Source: Nitrospirota bacterium (GTDB lineage Bacteria > Nitrospirota > UBA9217). Taken from it: a stretch of DNA of 64,000 bases. A model generated the notes under the pieces. It made no database searches and was not told the origin of the DNA. It worked only from the letters and a program-made list of their open reading frames with translations. A program made the translations under genes and the position numbers. Position 1 is the first letter of the stretch; every line of letters begins with the position of its first letter. Below, piece by piece: positions 63,404-64,000 of the stretch. The stretch covers positions 608,001 to 672,000 of the forward strand of contig CAWCKW010000012.1 of the NCBI GenBank assembly GCA_963796285.1, given 5' to 3'.

Positions 63404-64000
63404 GTGAAAAAACTCAGAGATTCCTTTAAAAAATATTTTATCACCGGCCTGCTGGTGATCATTCCGATCTGGGCGACATACTATGTGCTGTCAGGACTGC
63501 TCGGTGTGATCGACAACATGCTTGGTGATCTGCCGGGTTATCTTTTGGGCTTGAAGTTCCCCGGTCTCGGGATCATCACCCTGGTTCTCTTTGTGCTCCT
63601 CGTTGGACTGCTGTCTGCCAACTATATCGGAAAAAATGTAGTTCGGTACGGCGATACTCTCATGCATCGGGTCCCGCTTGTGCGCGGGGTCTATTCCACG
63701 ATGAAAAAGATCATGGATACCTTCTCTATGAAGCATAATTTTCACGGCGTTGCACTCGTCGAGTACCCGCGCAAGGGTTGCTACAGCGTAGGGTTCATGA
63801 CCGGTGAGGTAAGGGGGGAGTCCCTGGGGTTTGAAGGCAGGTTCATAACGGTCTTCGTGCCCACCACCCCGAACCCTACTGCTGGGTTTCTTCTCATCCT
63901 TCCCGAAGCGGAGGTTAATCGCCTCGATATGACCGTTGAGCAGGGCATGAAGTTCATCGTATCGATCGGCCTTGTTTCACTCAGCGAGATCCAGGCCAAT
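63404..64000 (+). CDS. DUF502 family protein (indel near 63435; runs off the window)
   Basis: FITGLLVIIP, VEYPRKG, VFVPTTPNPTAGF, MTVEQGMKFIVSIG. Confidence 0.85.
   Translation, partial: MKKLRDSFKKYFITGLLVIIPIWATYYVLSGLLGVIDNMLGDLPGYLLGLKFPGLGIITLVLFVLLVGLLSANYIGKNVVRYGDTLMHRVPLVRGVYSTMKKIMDTFSMKHNFHGVALVEYPRKGCYSVGFMTGEVRGESLGFEGRFITVFVPTTPNPTAGFLLILPEAEVNRLDMTVEQGMKFIVSIGLVSLSEIQAN

Overview
A 64 kb bacterial chromosomal window, mostly housekeeping genes. Gene content and order resemble Nitrospirota or deltaproteobacteria (inference). From left to right: a Ni/Co ECF transporter operon (nikMNQO-like) with an FmdE-family gene; an OmpA/MotB lipoprotein, ribE-ribBA-ribH-nusB, purB, purF and tRNA-Phe; TPR/roadblock-aroQ-pepP-efp-accB-accC-thiE; livK-livH and a short purH; patatin, PhoU-like, MgtE-N/CBS plus NRAMP, and queC; a Crp/Fnr module; coaE, lptGF, a TIGR04442-like gene, TlpA and a GT51 transglycosylase; an accessory islet (IS4 and RAYT-like remnants, two divergent repeat lipoproteins, hemerythrin, a c-di-GMP-I riboswitch before a CBS gene); fadD, a DEAD-box helicase, an HTH-MNT/HEPN pair, ftsB, GH57, a pilMNOP-secretin-pseudopilin T2SS-like cluster and DUF502. 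Many essential genes carry single-base frameshifts, most likely sequencing indels, which also create false fusions. Most notable: (i) an HTH-MNT/HEPN toxin-antitoxin-like pair with catalytic residues lost in both partners, followed by two unannotated 18-21 aa Lys-rich micro-ORFs and ftsB; (ii) an unannotated 52-aa membrane micro-protein with an in-frame UGA and a SECIS-like hairpin; (iii) dispersed heptamer and MITE-like repeats, one lying in frame inside queC.
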